Positions 36,667-47,069 are shown, counted from the stretch's first letter. The stretch: DNA of 64,000 nucleotides from Actinomycetes bacterium (GCA_023251915.1 JAHEXW010000004.1:26733-90732); one strand, 5' to 3'. Notes: generated by a model from the letters alone, not told the origin. Numbers and translations: made by a program.

Positions 36667-37877
36667 GCGACCGGAAGGGTAAACGTAAACGTGCTGCCGG
36701 CGCCGGGTGTGCTGACGACGTTAACGTGCCCGCCGTGCGCTTCGACAAGCAATTTGGTGATCGCCAAGCCCATCCCAGTACCGCCGGTAGTTCTGGTGCG
36801 CGCCTGGTCGACGCGATAGAAGTGTTCAAAAATATAGGGCAGGTCGGCCGCTGGGATCCCTTCGCCGTTGTCCTTGACCGCGACCTCGACCATTTTGCCT
36901 CCTGTCGCCTTAGCCCCTATTTCAATCGTGCCTTCATCGGGCGTGTGGCGCAGGGCGTTGGTTATCAGGTTATAGAAAACCTGGGTCAAACGATCGGAGT
37001 CAGCGATGACCTCGGGCACTGATCCCGCGATCTTGACTGAGAGCGTTATCTTTTTTTCCTGCAGCATCGGCTGGAGCATCTCGACGACCTTAGTGGCCAA
37101 CGGTTTTAGCGCCATTGGCTTGACGTCCAACTTCAGCTGACCCGCTTCCGCTAGAGTAAGTTCTCGCAGGTCGTTCACTAGACGGTTTAGAAGCATCGTT
37201 TCGGTGTGCAGGGCGGCGATTTTCTCCGGAGTCGGATCCTGCACCCCGTCGAGAATCGCTTCTAAGTTGCCCTGGATGATAGTTAGCGGGGTCTTAAGCT
37301 CGTGCGCCACCCCGGCGAATAACTGCCGGTTCAGCTGCTGGTTTTTGTCCAAGGTCGCCGCCATTCCGTTAAATGTACCGGCTAGCTCGCCCAGTTCATC
37401 TTTTGTCGCAACGTTGATGCGGTGATCAAGTTTACCGGCCGCAATCTCCTTGGCCGCTTGGGACATGTGGCGAACCGGTGACATCAGACGGCGGGCGAAG
37501 ATTATTCCGGTCAGGCAGGCGATGATGATGACGACGGCCGCAGACCACCAAAGAGACTCATTGACGGCTCCCAAAAAGCGTTCTTCCGGCCCGCCCATGA
37601 TATGCCGCATTATTTGGCTCATCCCGGACGAGGTTTGCATGTTCGTGTCCGATTGTACTTTGGTCAGGGTGCCGTCGGGGTTGACTATGAAGGATGGAGG
37701 CTCTTCTCTCATATAGTCGTTGAACCGGTTGTTGATAGTGTAGTTGGCAAAAACCGCAACCAGCGCGACCGAGACTAACGCGATCCCGACCATGACGAAC
37801 GCCAGTTTTACGGTTAGGCTGCGGGGATTGGCGAGTCGCCACCGGTTCATTAAATTGTCGGGCCACCGGAGTTTCAT
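36663..37877 (-). CDS. sensor histidine kinase (TM, HAMP, HisKA, HATPase_c)
   Basis: H-box FAGVAHELKTPLT. N, G1 and G2 boxes present. Confidence 0.85.
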   Translation of the reverse strand: MKLRWPDNLMNRWRLANPRSLTVKLAFVMVGIALVSVALVAVFANYTINNRFNDYMREEPPSFIVNPDGTLTKVQSDTNMQTSSGMSQIMRHIMGGPEERFLGAVNESLWWSAAVVIIIACLTGIIFARRLMSPVRHMSQAAKEIAAGKLDHRINVATKDELGELAGTFNGMAATLDKNQQLNRQLFAGVAHELKTPLTIIQGNLEAILDGVQDPTPEKIAALHTETMLLNRLVNDLRELTLAEAGQLKLDVKPMALKPLATKVVEMLQPMLQEKKITLSVKIAGSVPEVIADSDRLTQVFYNLITNALRHTPDEGTIEIGAKATGGKMVEVAVKDNGEGIPAADLPYIFEHFYRVDQARTRTTGGTGMGLAITKLLVEAHGGHVNVVSTPGAGSTFTFTLPVA

Positions 37878-38566
37878 CGTTGTTCCTGTTCAAAACGGTA
37901 ACCGACACCGTAGACCGTTCCGATGAGGCGCGGGTTTTTCGGGTCCTCTTCGATTTTCTGTCGCAGGTTCTTGATATGAGCATCGATGGTGCGCTCGTAA
38001 CCCTCGAACGAATATCCCTGAATCTCCTCTACGAGCTGGAGGCGGGTAAAGACACGCCGCGGGCTGTCAGCGAGTGTTTCCAGAAGCTTAAACTCTGTGG
38101 GAGTCAGCTCAATTACTTCGCTGCCGCGTTTAACCTCGTGGCGAAGGGAATCGATTTCCAATCCGCCGGCTCTGATAACCGGGTTTTCGGACACTTCAGC
38201 TTCGGCGCGGCGTAAGACGGCGCGGACGCGCGCCACAACCTCGCGCGGCGAGAATGGTTTGGTGATGTAGTCGTCGGCGCCTAACTCGAGACCCACTATT
38301 TTGTCCGGCTCTTCGTCGCGCGCCGTCAGCATGATGATTGGAGTATTTGATTTGGCCCTGATCTCCCGGCAAACCTCATAGCCGTTCTTCTTGGGCAGCA
38401 TCAGGTCGAGCAGAATCAGGTCGGGTTGTTCCCGGTCCGCGGCCGCGAGAGCGGCCTCGCCGTCGGCCGCTGTCACGACAGCGTAACCCTCTTTTGCCAA
38501 ATAGGAATCAAGCAATTCAATAATGCGGGGTTCGTCGTCGACGACCAGGATTTTTTTAACGGCCAT
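37874..38566 (-). CDS. OmpR-family response regulator
   Basis: REC domain (DD...D...K) plus winged-helix C-terminus. ATGA overlap with the kinase gene. Confidence 0.85.
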   Translation of the reverse strand: MAVKKILVVDDEPRIIELLDSYLAKEGYAVVTAADGEAALAAADREQPDLILLDLMLPKKNGYEVCREIRAKSNTPIIMLTARDEEPDKIVGLELGADDYITKPFSPREVVARVRAVLRRAEAEVSENPVIRAGGLEIDSLRHEVKRGSEVIELTPTEFKLLETLADSPRRVFTRLQLVEEIQGYSFEGYERTIDAHIKNLRQKIEEDPKNPRLIGTVYGVGYRFEQEQR

Positions 38567-38685
38567 TGTGCGTGTCCTCTCCTTGATACAAGGTAGATAA
38601 TATCACTTTACCAGGGATGTTTGAAGAAACTATGAAGATGAGGCGAAGATGAGGAGCCCAAATAACCGTGTGCTAGAATTAGGGC

Positions 38686-39816
38686 ATGAAAATTGTCGCC
38701 TACGTAATACGTCCCGCCGAAGGCGGAATGCTAAAACACCTCCTTGACTTGATCGGCCGCCTGGACAGAGAGCGATTTACACCTATCGTTCTTAGCCCTC
38801 CGGGTAATAATCTGGAAGAACCGCTGGAGCGGCTGGGCATCGAGCTGATTGAAGTAGATATTGCCGACAAGCCGAACCTAGCCCGCGACGTCGGCTCGAT
38901 CGCCCGTTTAGCGACAGCCTTAACAGCGGTCGGCCCGGATATTATTCACGCGCATAGTAATAAAGCGGCTTTGTTAGTTGAGATGGCCGCTCGCCGCGGT
39001 TCCCTAGATGCGGCGGTCGTTTTCTCCGTGCATAATTTTCCCAGTTATCGCGGGACCGGCGGCCTCAAGCGGGCGATATCGTCACTAGCGTTGCGGCGCG
39101 TAATAAATGGCGCGGAGGTTGTCATCGCCGTATCGCAAAGCCTCAAAGACTCTCTGGTGGAACATGAGAGAGTTGATATATCCAAGATCACAGTCGTGCA
39201 CAACGGAATCGATAGCGGAACTTTCCACCCGGTTAAAGAGGCGGAAACGCGCCGGCTGCGCGATGCTCTGGGGCTGGCGCCCAATACGCCGGTGGTGGGA
39301 ACGGTCGGACGGCTTATTCCGTCCAAGGGCATGGATGTCTTGATACAGGCGGCGCCGGAGCTGGTTCACAAATTTCCGGGCTTGAAGATAATCATTGTCG
39401 GCTCGGGCCCGATGCAGCAATCGTTGCGGTCTACGGCCGCCGGTCTGGGGTTGAGTCGAGACATCGTATTCACCGGTCACGTGGCCGAACTGCTGCCTTA
39501 TTACGCGCTCTTTGATGTCTTCGCCTTACCGACAACAGCGGAGGCGTTCGGTATGACGGCAGTCGAGGCGATGCTGGCCGGCTGTCCTGTAGTGGCGAGC
39601 CGGACGGGCGGGTTATCGGAGATAATTGCCAATCGGGAAACCGGCCTGTTGGTACCGCCGGGTGATTCCGGCGCTTTGGCGGCGGCCATAAGAGCGCAGC
39701 TCACTGATACCAGGGCAGCTAGAAAGATGGCGGCGAGAGCGCAAACGGTTGCGCGTGAGCAGTTTTCCTTAACCAGAATGGTTGCTGAAACCGAGGCGAT
39801 CTACGATAGTCTCTAG
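38686..39816 (+). CDS. GT4-family glycosyltransferase
   Basis: C-terminal EAFGMTAVEAMLAGCPVVASRTGGLSEII (E-x7-E region). Confidence 0.8.
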   Translation: MKIVAYVIRPAEGGMLKHLLDLIGRLDRERFTPIVLSPPGNNLEEPLERLGIELIEVDIADKPNLARDVGSIARLATALTAVGPDIIHAHSNKAALLVEMAARRGSLDAAVVFSVHNFPSYRGTGGLKRAISSLALRRVINGAEVVIAVSQSLKDSLVEHERVDISKITVVHNGIDSGTFHPVKEAETRRLRDALGLAPNTPVVGTVGRLIPSKGMDVLIQAAPELVHKFPGLKIIIVGSGPMQQSLRSTAAGLGLSRDIVFTGHVAELLPYYALFDVFALPTTAEAFGMTAVEAMLAGCPVVASRTGGLSEIIANRETGLLVPPGDSGALAAAIRAQLTDTRAARKMAARAQTVAREQFSLTRMVAETEAIYDSL

Positions 39817-41216
39817 AAGAACTGAACGACGTCGATCCCCAATTCCCAAGGATCAATTACCCTGATTATCGACCGAACAAAAGCCTCCGCGTTTTCGGTC
39901 CGCTCGCTCATTTCCAGGATCGCGGCTTCCGCAGGATCGAGATGTTTGCCGTTCTCGTCGATTGCTATCTTGATGCGCGGCCGGGCGAGATCAGCGGTGT
40001 TTGTCTCGTAGACAACAGCGATTTCGCCGCTATCGAGGAGGACAACAGAACCGACGGGGTAGATGGATAATGTTTGCACGAACGCTTTCATGATTACCGG
40101 GTCGAACGTGCGTCCGGATTGTCTAATCATCTCTGCCAGAACTTGGTCGGGCAGCTTGCTGCCCTTAAAGGGCCGCATCGATGTGCCTGCTTCGTAACTG
40201 TCGGCGACCTGCACGATCCGGCTGAACAGGTGAGGCCTTTCCTTGTTGGTCAGCTTGGGGTAGCCTGATAGGTCATAACCGACGTGGTGTTCGTACGCGA
40301 CAACCATGGAAAGTTTATGCATCCCCGGCATCTGGCTGAGGATTTCAGCGCCCTCGATCGGGTGGCGCTTCATGACCTCGAATTCTTCCGGCGTCAACGG
40401 CATAGGCTTGGTTGTCAGGTCCTTGGGAACGTTGACCTTACCGATGTCGTGCAGCAACGCCGCGGCGCCTAGAATAGCCAGTTTGTCGTGTTCGAGCGAC
40501 AAATTATTGCCCAAGCTCAGGCAGAGGATACACGTGTTGACGGAGTGATAAAAGGTCGTTTCGTCGTAGCTCTTGATAACGGTCAGGCCGAGCAGGTTAA
40601 GGTGGTCGGTGAAGAGCGCCTCTGTCAAACCGCCGACAATCTTCTCGACCTTCTGTACGCTCACCCCTTGCCCGATCTTTGCGCTCTTCATTATGTCTTT
40701 AACCGCTGTTACCGCGGAGTTGTAGACTTCCTTGGCCGCTTTTGTTTCCGTTTCTTCATGCTCGATATCATCGGCTTCGGCGGCGGCGGAGCTGATAACA
40801 ATGTTGGGCGCGCCCCGGTTCTTCAGGCGGTTCGCCAGGCCGCCCTCATTTTCGAGCGTTTGCCTGTCGGTACACAAGGCGTCCATAAGGGCTTCGATCT
40901 CGGTTTCATCGATTCCTTTTAGGAAGGTGATGGCGCCGATGTCCATGGCAGCGCATTCCTTGATAAAGCCGGCGTAGGTGACGCTTTCGCGTATCAGGAG
41001 TTCACTTTCGATAAAGAGGTCGTCATCGTGCATCGCGTATGTGATGTCGCCCAGCTGATCCAAGAGACTGCTAAGGGAGCGGTGCAGACGTTTTGAACCG
41101 TCAAGGAGTTCCGGATGTTGGGCGGGATAAAGCAGTGTCTTGCGCTTTAGCGCGACCATTTGTTCGAAGACTATTTTTGCGTCTGCAAGTTGAGTGCTGT
41201 TCAGTGTCTTTGGCAT
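39813..41216 (-). CDS. HD-GYP domain protein with N-terminal DUF3391-like domain
   Basis: HDIGKVNVP ... HHVGYDLSGYP. Confidence 0.7.
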   Translation of the reverse strand: MPKTLNSTQLADAKIVFEQMVALKRKTLLYPAQHPELLDGSKRLHRSLSSLLDQLGDITYAMHDDDLFIESELLIRESVTYAGFIKECAAMDIGAITFLKGIDETEIEALMDALCTDRQTLENEGGLANRLKNRGAPNIVISSAAAEADDIEHEETETKAAKEVYNSAVTAVKDIMKSAKIGQGVSVQKVEKIVGGLTEALFTDHLNLLGLTVIKSYDETTFYHSVNTCILCLSLGNNLSLEHDKLAILGAAALLHDIGKVNVPKDLTTKPMPLTPEEFEVMKRHPIEGAEILSQMPGMHKLSMVVAYEHHVGYDLSGYPKLTNKERPHLFSRIVQVADSYEAGTSMRPFKGSKLPDQVLAEMIRQSGRTFDPVIMKAFVQTLSIYPVGSVVLLDSGEIAVVYETNTADLARPRIKIAIDENGKHLDPAEAAILEMSERTENAEAFVRSIIRVIDPWELGIDVVQFF

Positions 41217-41234
41217 CTATACCTCATCAATATA

Positions 41235-43256
41235 CTATACAGTATTGGCGGGGCGCAGCTGCGCAATCGCGCGTTGCGCCGTTTCTCTTAGAGACTTGGC
41301 CTTACTGCGAAAAGCTCGCTTCCGGGCGATTGCCTCCAGAACCGGCAGAGCCTGAGCGTCTCCGATTGCCCCTAGTGTCTGGATTGCCTGCAGCCGGTTG
41401 TCCAGATTTCGGAAGCGAAAATCGTTTTCGGACGCCAGCGCGGTCAATTTCGATATCGCTGCGGTCGCCTTGAGCGAGCCCAGCGCCAAGAACGCGGCTT
41501 CCCGGACATGTTCCGACTCGTCATCTAAGCTGACGGTTATCAGCGGGGCACCGGCAACGCCGCGGGACGACGCCAACGCGCGAATCGTCTCGACTCGCAC
41601 GCCTTCATCTTCGTGGCGCAGGGCCCGCTTTAGAATATCGGTCGCTCTGGGTTCGTCGAATTCACACACAACCCAGATGACGGCCTTGACTATCCTGGTG
41701 TCTCCCGTCAAACGGCGCTCGAATATCTCCATCGTTCCGTTGCTGACGTGGGCCGCTATCTTATAAAGCTTGCGCCGCTCTTCCGTATTGGTTTCCGCCG
41801 CGATCATATCCAGCAGGCCCGGAATAGCGCCAGGTCCGAGCATATCCATCATCGCTCGCCCGTATTTCTTCTCGTCCGGGTCCTGGCTTTTCATGGCCGC
41901 GGTCATGATTACGTCCATATTGGCCGCGTCCGCCAGCTTCAGCAGGGCATCCCGGGTTAGCGTTACCAGCTCGGGTGATGTTTTCATCAGCTGCTGGCCT
42001 TTGAGTCGCATTGCCTTCATCGACTTGGCCGCCAGCTCCAGACGATGTTCGCGGAAAAGATCAGCGACTGCTTCCGTTAAACTGTCCAAGATTTTCGTCA
42101 GGTGGGGACCGTCTTCCGTCTCAATGAGCATCTCAACCAACGTTTCAATTGCCTGTTCCTCAACGTCCTCCATCTGGATGGCCGCGATTTCTTCCTCGAC
42201 CGACGCCGCCACGGACGCGGGCAGATCGTCATAGAAGTGCGCGAATTCGAAGTAGACCTCTTCCGGGCTGAGGCGGATATCTTCCCCCGGCGGCGCGACC
42301 GTCGCGGGCTCGCCCGATTCCTGGTAACCGGCTGTTTGTTCGGCCGCCATGTTTAGGGCCTGGCTTAGCGCAGCCAGCAACTCCGGACCGAAATCCAGCG
42401 CGGCGAAACGTTCTTGCATCAGGTCTACAATCGGGTTCTTAAAGTCGTCGGCGAGTGTGGTTACGCCGGTGGTGATGTTTTCGAAAATCTCTTCCTTGTC
42501 CTCGACTCCGGCCCCGTTCGCGACCGATGCGATCGCCTCAATGGCGCCGGCAACATAGTCTGCGCGGCCCTCAAGACTGGGGTCGCCGTCGGCCGAAGCT
42601 GCTAAGTCGGACAGTTTTACGAGCAGTTTGGCGGTATTGACCGGCCCTTGTTTTGCGCGGAGGATGATTTTGTCGATCTCGTTGGCGGAAAGCTCGCCCT
42701 CGCGCAACAACATAAACATCTCTTCCGCCGATAAGATCTCATCATCGCTATCGCCAAAATCCAGCTCTTCAACCAGCTCGTCGGCGATTGCCTCGACCTC
42801 GAGCCGTTTGGCGACGATGTTTTGTACCCGCATCTCGTCGAGGATGTTCTCTATGCCGCCCCGGCGGCGCACTTCGTTCACATCAAGGGCCATCGCGTCC
42901 AAAAAGGAATCAAGCTCCTCATCCCGAACGATTTCGTTTATGAGAATGCTGGTTATCTGACGGTCATGAAGATGGGCCGCAAGGCCAAGATAGAAACCGC
43001 CGGCTGCCATCCCGTATTCCGTGCCTTCGACAATGATGCTGTCCCGGGTTACGCCGAACTTTAGAATCTCCCGGCCTTTCAGATAGTCGTGCAAGAGAGC
43101 GTAGAGATCGGTGCGCGCTTCCAGGCTCATGGGGTGCGAGGGGGAGTAAACGAGACTCTTCTTTATGGCTCCGTTGAAGGCCTTAAAAAGTGTGTCGAAA
43201 ATCTCTGTGTTCGCTGCGTTGGCGACGTTATCGTCCATGCGCTTAAGTGTAGACAT
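41235..43256 (-). CDS. HEAT/PBS-lyase repeat protein with N-terminal domain paralogous to that of the HD-GYP protein
   Basis: C-terminal HEAT-like repeats (...EGVRVETIRALA..., ...EHVREAAFLALG...). Start trimmed to MSTLKR to avoid overlap with nth. Confidence 0.55.
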   Translation of the reverse strand: MSTLKRMDDNVANAANTEIFDTLFKAFNGAIKKSLVYSPSHPMSLEARTDLYALLHDYLKGREILKFGVTRDSIIVEGTEYGMAAGGFYLGLAAHLHDRQITSILINEIVRDEELDSFLDAMALDVNEVRRRGGIENILDEMRVQNIVAKRLEVEAIADELVEELDFGDSDDEILSAEEMFMLLREGELSANEIDKIILRAKQGPVNTAKLLVKLSDLAASADGDPSLEGRADYVAGAIEAIASVANGAGVEDKEEIFENITTGVTTLADDFKNPIVDLMQERFAALDFGPELLAALSQALNMAAEQTAGYQESGEPATVAPPGEDIRLSPEEVYFEFAHFYDDLPASVAASVEEEIAAIQMEDVEEQAIETLVEMLIETEDGPHLTKILDSLTEAVADLFREHRLELAAKSMKAMRLKGQQLMKTSPELVTLTRDALLKLADAANMDVIMTAAMKSQDPDEKKYGRAMMDMLGPGAIPGLLDMIAAETNTEERRKLYKIAAHVSNGTMEIFERRLTGDTRIVKAVIWVVCEFDEPRATDILKRALRHEDEGVRVETIRALASSRGVAGAPLITVSLDDESEHVREAAFLALGSLKATAAISKLTALASENDFRFRNLDNRLQAIQTLGAIGDAQALPVLEAIARKRAFRSKAKSLRETAQRAIAQLRPANTV

Positions 43257-43312
43257 AAGCGGTGGATTTGGCAATTTGTGGTAGGCTTTTGTCAGGTTGG
43301 GAGGCTGCGGAA

Positions 43313-43948
43313 TTGGACACAAGGCAAAGAGCGATCGAAATAATCAAACGCCTAAGGGCCGTCTATCCAAACGCCAAGATAGCACTCAAATTCAGTAATA
43401 ACTGGGAGCTGCTTGTAGCGACGGAGTTATCGGCTCAATGCACGGACAAGAAAGTGAACGAAGTCACTGGGACATTGTTTAATAAATATCGAACAGTCGC
43501 CGATTATGCCCACGCCGGCGTCGCCGAGTTTGAGCAAGACATTAGGCCGACGGGTTTCTTTCGCAACAAGACGAAGAATATTATTGGCGCGGCGCAGATG
43601 GTCCTGACCGAGTTTGACGGGCAAGTGCCGCGCACGATGACGGAGATACTTCGCTTGCCGGGCGTCGCGCGCAAGACCGCGAACATTGTTCTGGGCAACG
43701 CGTACGGCGTCGTGGACGGGATAGCCGTCGATACTCATGTGCTGCGCCTGTCGCGCCGGTTGGGCCTCAGCGACGGCAAAACACCGGAGATGGTAGAGCG
43801 TGACCTCATGGCATTGTGGCCGAAAGATGACTGGTTTGGGGCGACCTACCTGGTGATTGAGCATGGTCGCGCCATCTGCACGGCCAAAAAACCGCAATGT
43901 GGGTCTTGCGTATTAAACGACATCTGTCCTTCCGCTTTCAAGGTCTGA
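43313..43948 (+). CDS. nth: endonuclease III
   Basis: HhH-GPD (LPGVARKTANIVL) and a 4Fe-4S cluster C-x6-C-x2-C-x5-C (CTAKKPQCGSCVLNDIC). TTG start 8 nt after GGGAGG; ATG at 43262 is an alternative. Confidence 0.8.
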   Translation: MDTRQRAIEIIKRLRAVYPNAKIALKFSNNWELLVATELSAQCTDKKVNEVTGTLFNKYRTVADYAHAGVAEFEQDIRPTGFFRNKTKNIIGAAQMVLTEFDGQVPRTMTEILRLPGVARKTANIVLGNAYGVVDGIAVDTHVLRLSRRLGLSDGKTPEMVERDLMALWPKDDWFGATYLVIEHGRAICTAKKPQCGSCVLNDICPSAFKV

Positions 43949-44014
43949 GCGATAACCGCCGAAGAAAACAATGTAAGGCCCATAATATTTGGAATCCGCG
44001 TTAAGGGAGCATGA

Positions 44015-45001
44015 GTGGGTTTGTTCGGAAAGGTCAAAAAACACAACGAGTCTATGTCGTCGCCGCCGGAGGTGCAGCAGCATTCGGCGGCCTTAGTGCG
44101 TTCAGCGTGCGACAAAATTAGAGCCGGGAAGATCGGACCTGCGGTCGCCGAGTTGGAGGAAGCCGTTAAAACCGACCCGGGTTGTTTCTCAGCCTGGGTT
44201 GAGCTAGGCGAAACTAACTGGACAATGGGGGACGCCGATGTAGCGCGCAACGCGTTAGCACACGCGCTTGAGCTGGAGCCAGACAATGTCAGAGCACTGG
44301 GATTAATGGGCGAGATATACCTGGACGCCGGCGACTTCAACACATCCTTGACCTATTTTCGCCGCGCCTTGTCGCAAAAGCCTGATCTTCTCAAGGGATG
44401 GGGTTTCTCCGGGGACACCTATCTAAAGACGGAGAGCTTCGAAAGCTCGCTCAAATGCTATGAACTGGCCCTGCAGGAAAGCCCGAATAACGCCGAAATA
44501 TGGCATTTAATGGGCGACACGTATTTGACACTGGATCGGCTTGAGGAAGCCTTGGCGGCCTACCGAAAGGTTGTCGATCTTAAGCCGGCATTCCTCGAAG
44601 CCAGACGCAGCTTGGCCTATATTCTTTGTAAGCTGGGCGACTATGAAAAAGCTTTGGTCGAATGTGAAGCGGCGTTGCGCACAGAACCTACCGACGCCAT
44701 GTCTTGGCGTTTGCTGGGGCAGACGCAACTTTCTCTCGGGCGGTATGAAGAGGCGGCGGCGTCTGCTCAGACTGCGATCGATATTAATCCTGAGGTTGCT
44801 GAGGCTTGGAGTCTGCGCGGACTGGCATTGTTTAACCTTGGTCGCTGCGCGGAGGCGGCGTCGTCGGCCCAGCGCGCTTTGAATCTCCAACCGGGCTTAC
44901 AGGAAGCGCTTATGGTCATGGGATTTGCCAACGCGTCCCTCGGCAACAAAAAGGCGGGCGCCAAGTATCTGGCCGAAGCCGACCGCGAAGTCCTAAAGTA
45001 A
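44015..45001 (+). CDS. TPR-repeat protein
   Basis: Nine or more 34-aa W-LG-Y / A-F-P repeats. GTG start. Confidence 0.75.
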   Translation: MGLFGKVKKHNESMSSPPEVQQHSAALVRSACDKIRAGKIGPAVAELEEAVKTDPGCFSAWVELGETNWTMGDADVARNALAHALELEPDNVRALGLMGEIYLDAGDFNTSLTYFRRALSQKPDLLKGWGFSGDTYLKTESFESSLKCYELALQESPNNAEIWHLMGDTYLTLDRLEEALAAYRKVVDLKPAFLEARRSLAYILCKLGDYEKALVECEAALRTEPTDAMSWRLLGQTQLSLGRYEEAAASAQTAIDINPEVAEAWSLRGLALFNLGRCAEAASSAQRALNLQPGLQEALMVMGFANASLGNKKAGAKYLAEADREVLK

Positions 45002-45029
45002 CCCACAGCCGCGGGACCACAGACCACAC

Positions 45030-45068
45030 GACCACAGAGCCTCTGTTGTCTGTTGACTGTGGTCTTTC
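45030..45068 (+). terminator. hairpin terminator candidate after the TPR gene
   Basis: GACCACAG ... CTGTGGTC plus TTTCT. It sits inside ACCACAGACCACACGACCACAGAG iterations. Confidence 0.35.
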
Positions 45069-45073
45069 TGGTC

Positions 45074-45101
45074 CTCTTCGTCTTGCCTTAGCCTCCGACA
45101 G
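45074..45101 (+). promoter_or_regulatory. candidate promoter for rpiB-rpe (TTGCCT, 16 bp spacer, TATAAT)
   Basis: TTGCCT at 45074-45079; TATAAT at 45096-45101. Confidence 0.45.
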
Positions 45102-45143
45102 CGATATAATTGGCTTGTCAATTGTTATTCCAAAGGGGTCAAA

Positions 45144-45590
45144 TTGATTTATTTAGGCGCTGACCACGGTGGATACGACCTAAAGGAAAAGATCAAGGCT
45201 CATCTTGCGGGCCTTAAGATTGCCGTATCCGACTTGGGCGCGTTTGACGAGGAGCCCAGTGATTATCCTGACTACGCCTTTGCCGTTGCTGAGAAAGTGC
45301 GCGACGGGGGCGCAGATGATTTCGGCATTCTTGTCTGCACCACCAGCATCGGGACCTGCGTCGCTGCCAATAAGATCAAGGGTGTCCGAGGGGCGGTCGG
45401 CTATACGGAGCACGCCGTTGAACAGGCCCGCGATCACGTAGACGCCAACGTTCTTTGCCTCGGAGCCGAGGAAATCGATCACGACGCGGCCGTCAGGATG
45501 GTCGACATATTCCTAAATACTCATTTTTCGGGCGCCGAAAGGCATGTCAGGCGCCTAAGCAAGATTCAGCAGCGGGAGCAGGAGGAGTAG
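45144..45590 (+). CDS. rpiB: ribose-5-phosphate isomerase B
   Basis: MIYLGADHGGYDLKEKI...; TTG start. Confidence 0.85.
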   Translation: MIYLGADHGGYDLKEKIKAHLAGLKIAVSDLGAFDEEPSDYPDYAFAVAEKVRDGGADDFGILVCTTSIGTCVAANKIKGVRGAVGYTEHAVEQARDHVDANVLCLGAEEIDHDAAVRMVDIFLNTHFSGAERHVRRLSKIQQREQEE

Positions 45591-46259
45591 TTGCGCGTCA
45601 CGCCCGCTGTTCTCGCCAACGACCTCACGACATTCGGCCAACTGATCGAAGTCTCGGAGACGTTCACCGACTACGTTCAGATTGATATCATGGACGGCGT
45701 TTTCGTACCCTCAACGGGTATCGGTATCTCCGACCTGGCAGGCGTGAAAACGCTCTTGAAGAGCGAGGCTCATCTTATGGTCGCCCATCCGGAAGATTGG
45801 TTGGAGGCTGTGGCTAATTTCGGCAGCGAGGAAGTGATCTTCCATTACGAGGCAGTCGCCGATCCAGAAGCAACAATCTCGTTGCTGCGTGACACCGATT
45901 TCCGTGCCGGTTTGGCGATTAACCCCGATACTCCGGTAGGTGAATTCTTGTCGTTGGCCGACTCCGTGGACACTGTGATGTTCATGGCCGTTCACCCCGG
46001 TTTCTACGGCGCGCCGTTCATACCGGCTGTGCTCGACAAGATCAAGGACCTGCGGGCTCAACGGCCCTTTCTAAATATCGGGATAGACGGCGGGATGAAT
46101 CTGGAGACGGCCGGTCTGGCCGGAGACGCAGGCGTAGACTTTGTCTGCGTCGGCAGTGCCATTTTCAAGGCGCCCGATCCGGCCCACGCGTATTGCCAAC
46201 TTAAGGCCAGTTTGAACCGTTCGGCTACAAACCCAGCAGACGTTCGGGATTGCGACTGA
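45591..46259 (+). CDS. rpe: ribulose-phosphate 3-epimerase
   Basis: DIMDGVFVP, HLMV, GIDGG motifs. TTG start abutting the rpiB stop. Confidence 0.8.
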   Translation: MRVTPAVLANDLTTFGQLIEVSETFTDYVQIDIMDGVFVPSTGIGISDLAGVKTLLKSEAHLMVAHPEDWLEAVANFGSEEVIFHYEAVADPEATISLLRDTDFRAGLAINPDTPVGEFLSLADSVDTVMFMAVHPGFYGAPFIPAVLDKIKDLRAQRPFLNIGIDGGMNLETAGLAGDAGVDFVCVGSAIFKAPDPAHAYCQLKASLNRSATNPADVRDCD

Positions 46260-47004
46260 GAACCAAATCGGCTTCCGCGCCCAGAATTCGTTCCACGACG
46301 GCGCGATCGGCGGCATGATCGCCGAAGGGATAGTCGGACCCGAACACGACCCGCTCCACTCCGATCTTGTTGATCAAAGCCGCGAACTCATCATCCGAAA
46401 TATTTCCCGGCACATGCGCGGTGTCGTACCAGACGTTGGCGTAGCCCAAAACCAGGTCCAGGCGGTCCCAGGTGCGAAAGCCGCCCAGATGGGAGAGGAC
46501 TATCGTTAAGTCCGGGAACGCGTCAAGCACGGGAACAAAATGTTCCGGCTGACTGAATTCCCCCTTGAACCCGCTCTCCTCGTCACCGGCGTGAAACACA
46601 ACGATCAAACCGAGGTCGGCTGCTTTGCGGTACATGGGTAGTAAGCGCGGATCATTCGGGAAGACGCGTTGGGCGTTCGGTTGGATCTTTAGGCCCCGAA
46701 GACCTAAACCAGGGAACCTGTCGAGCTCCGCCGGGTCGTTATCGGGGTGGATGCCCCCGAACGGGATGATTTTGTCGGACTGCCGCGCCAGGTCGGCGTA
46801 CCAATCGTTTAGCTTGATGTGATCGGGCTTGGTCGCGATCGGCAGAACCACCGCTTTGTCGAAGCCGCCCGCGTCTAGTGAAGCCGTTAAGGCGGCTAGC
46901 GTGGCATCGTGAACGCGTTTGACCCCGTAGAAGTTCTCGATGCTGGATATAACCTTGTCGGCGATGGCATCCTGATATATGTGCGCGTGGGTATCGATGA
47001 TCAT
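46225..47004 (-). CDS. amidohydrolase-2 family TIM-barrel metal-dependent hydrolase
   Basis: MIIDTHAHIY..., His/Asp metal ligands. Confidence 0.65.
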   Translation of the reverse strand: MIIDTHAHIYQDAIADKVISSIENFYGVKRVHDATLAALTASLDAGGFDKAVVLPIATKPDHIKLNDWYADLARQSDKIIPFGGIHPDNDPAELDRFPGLGLRGLKIQPNAQRVFPNDPRLLPMYRKAADLGLIVVFHAGDEESGFKGEFSQPEHFVPVLDAFPDLTIVLSHLGGFRTWDRLDLVLGYANVWYDTAHVPGNISDDEFAALINKIGVERVVFGSDYPFGDHAADRAVVERILGAEADLVLSRNPERLLGL

Positions 47005-47069
47005 GAGATTATCATAGCAGTCCGCATACGGTCGGCGTGAAGGTTTGATTTGCTATAATTGACCTTCGT

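Noticed and set aside
45001-45075. ACCACAGACCACACGACCACAGAG iterations as a microsatellite or CRISPR-like repeat
   Set aside because: Only about three imperfect 7-8 nt iterations forming one arm of a hairpin. Interpreted as a terminator stem.
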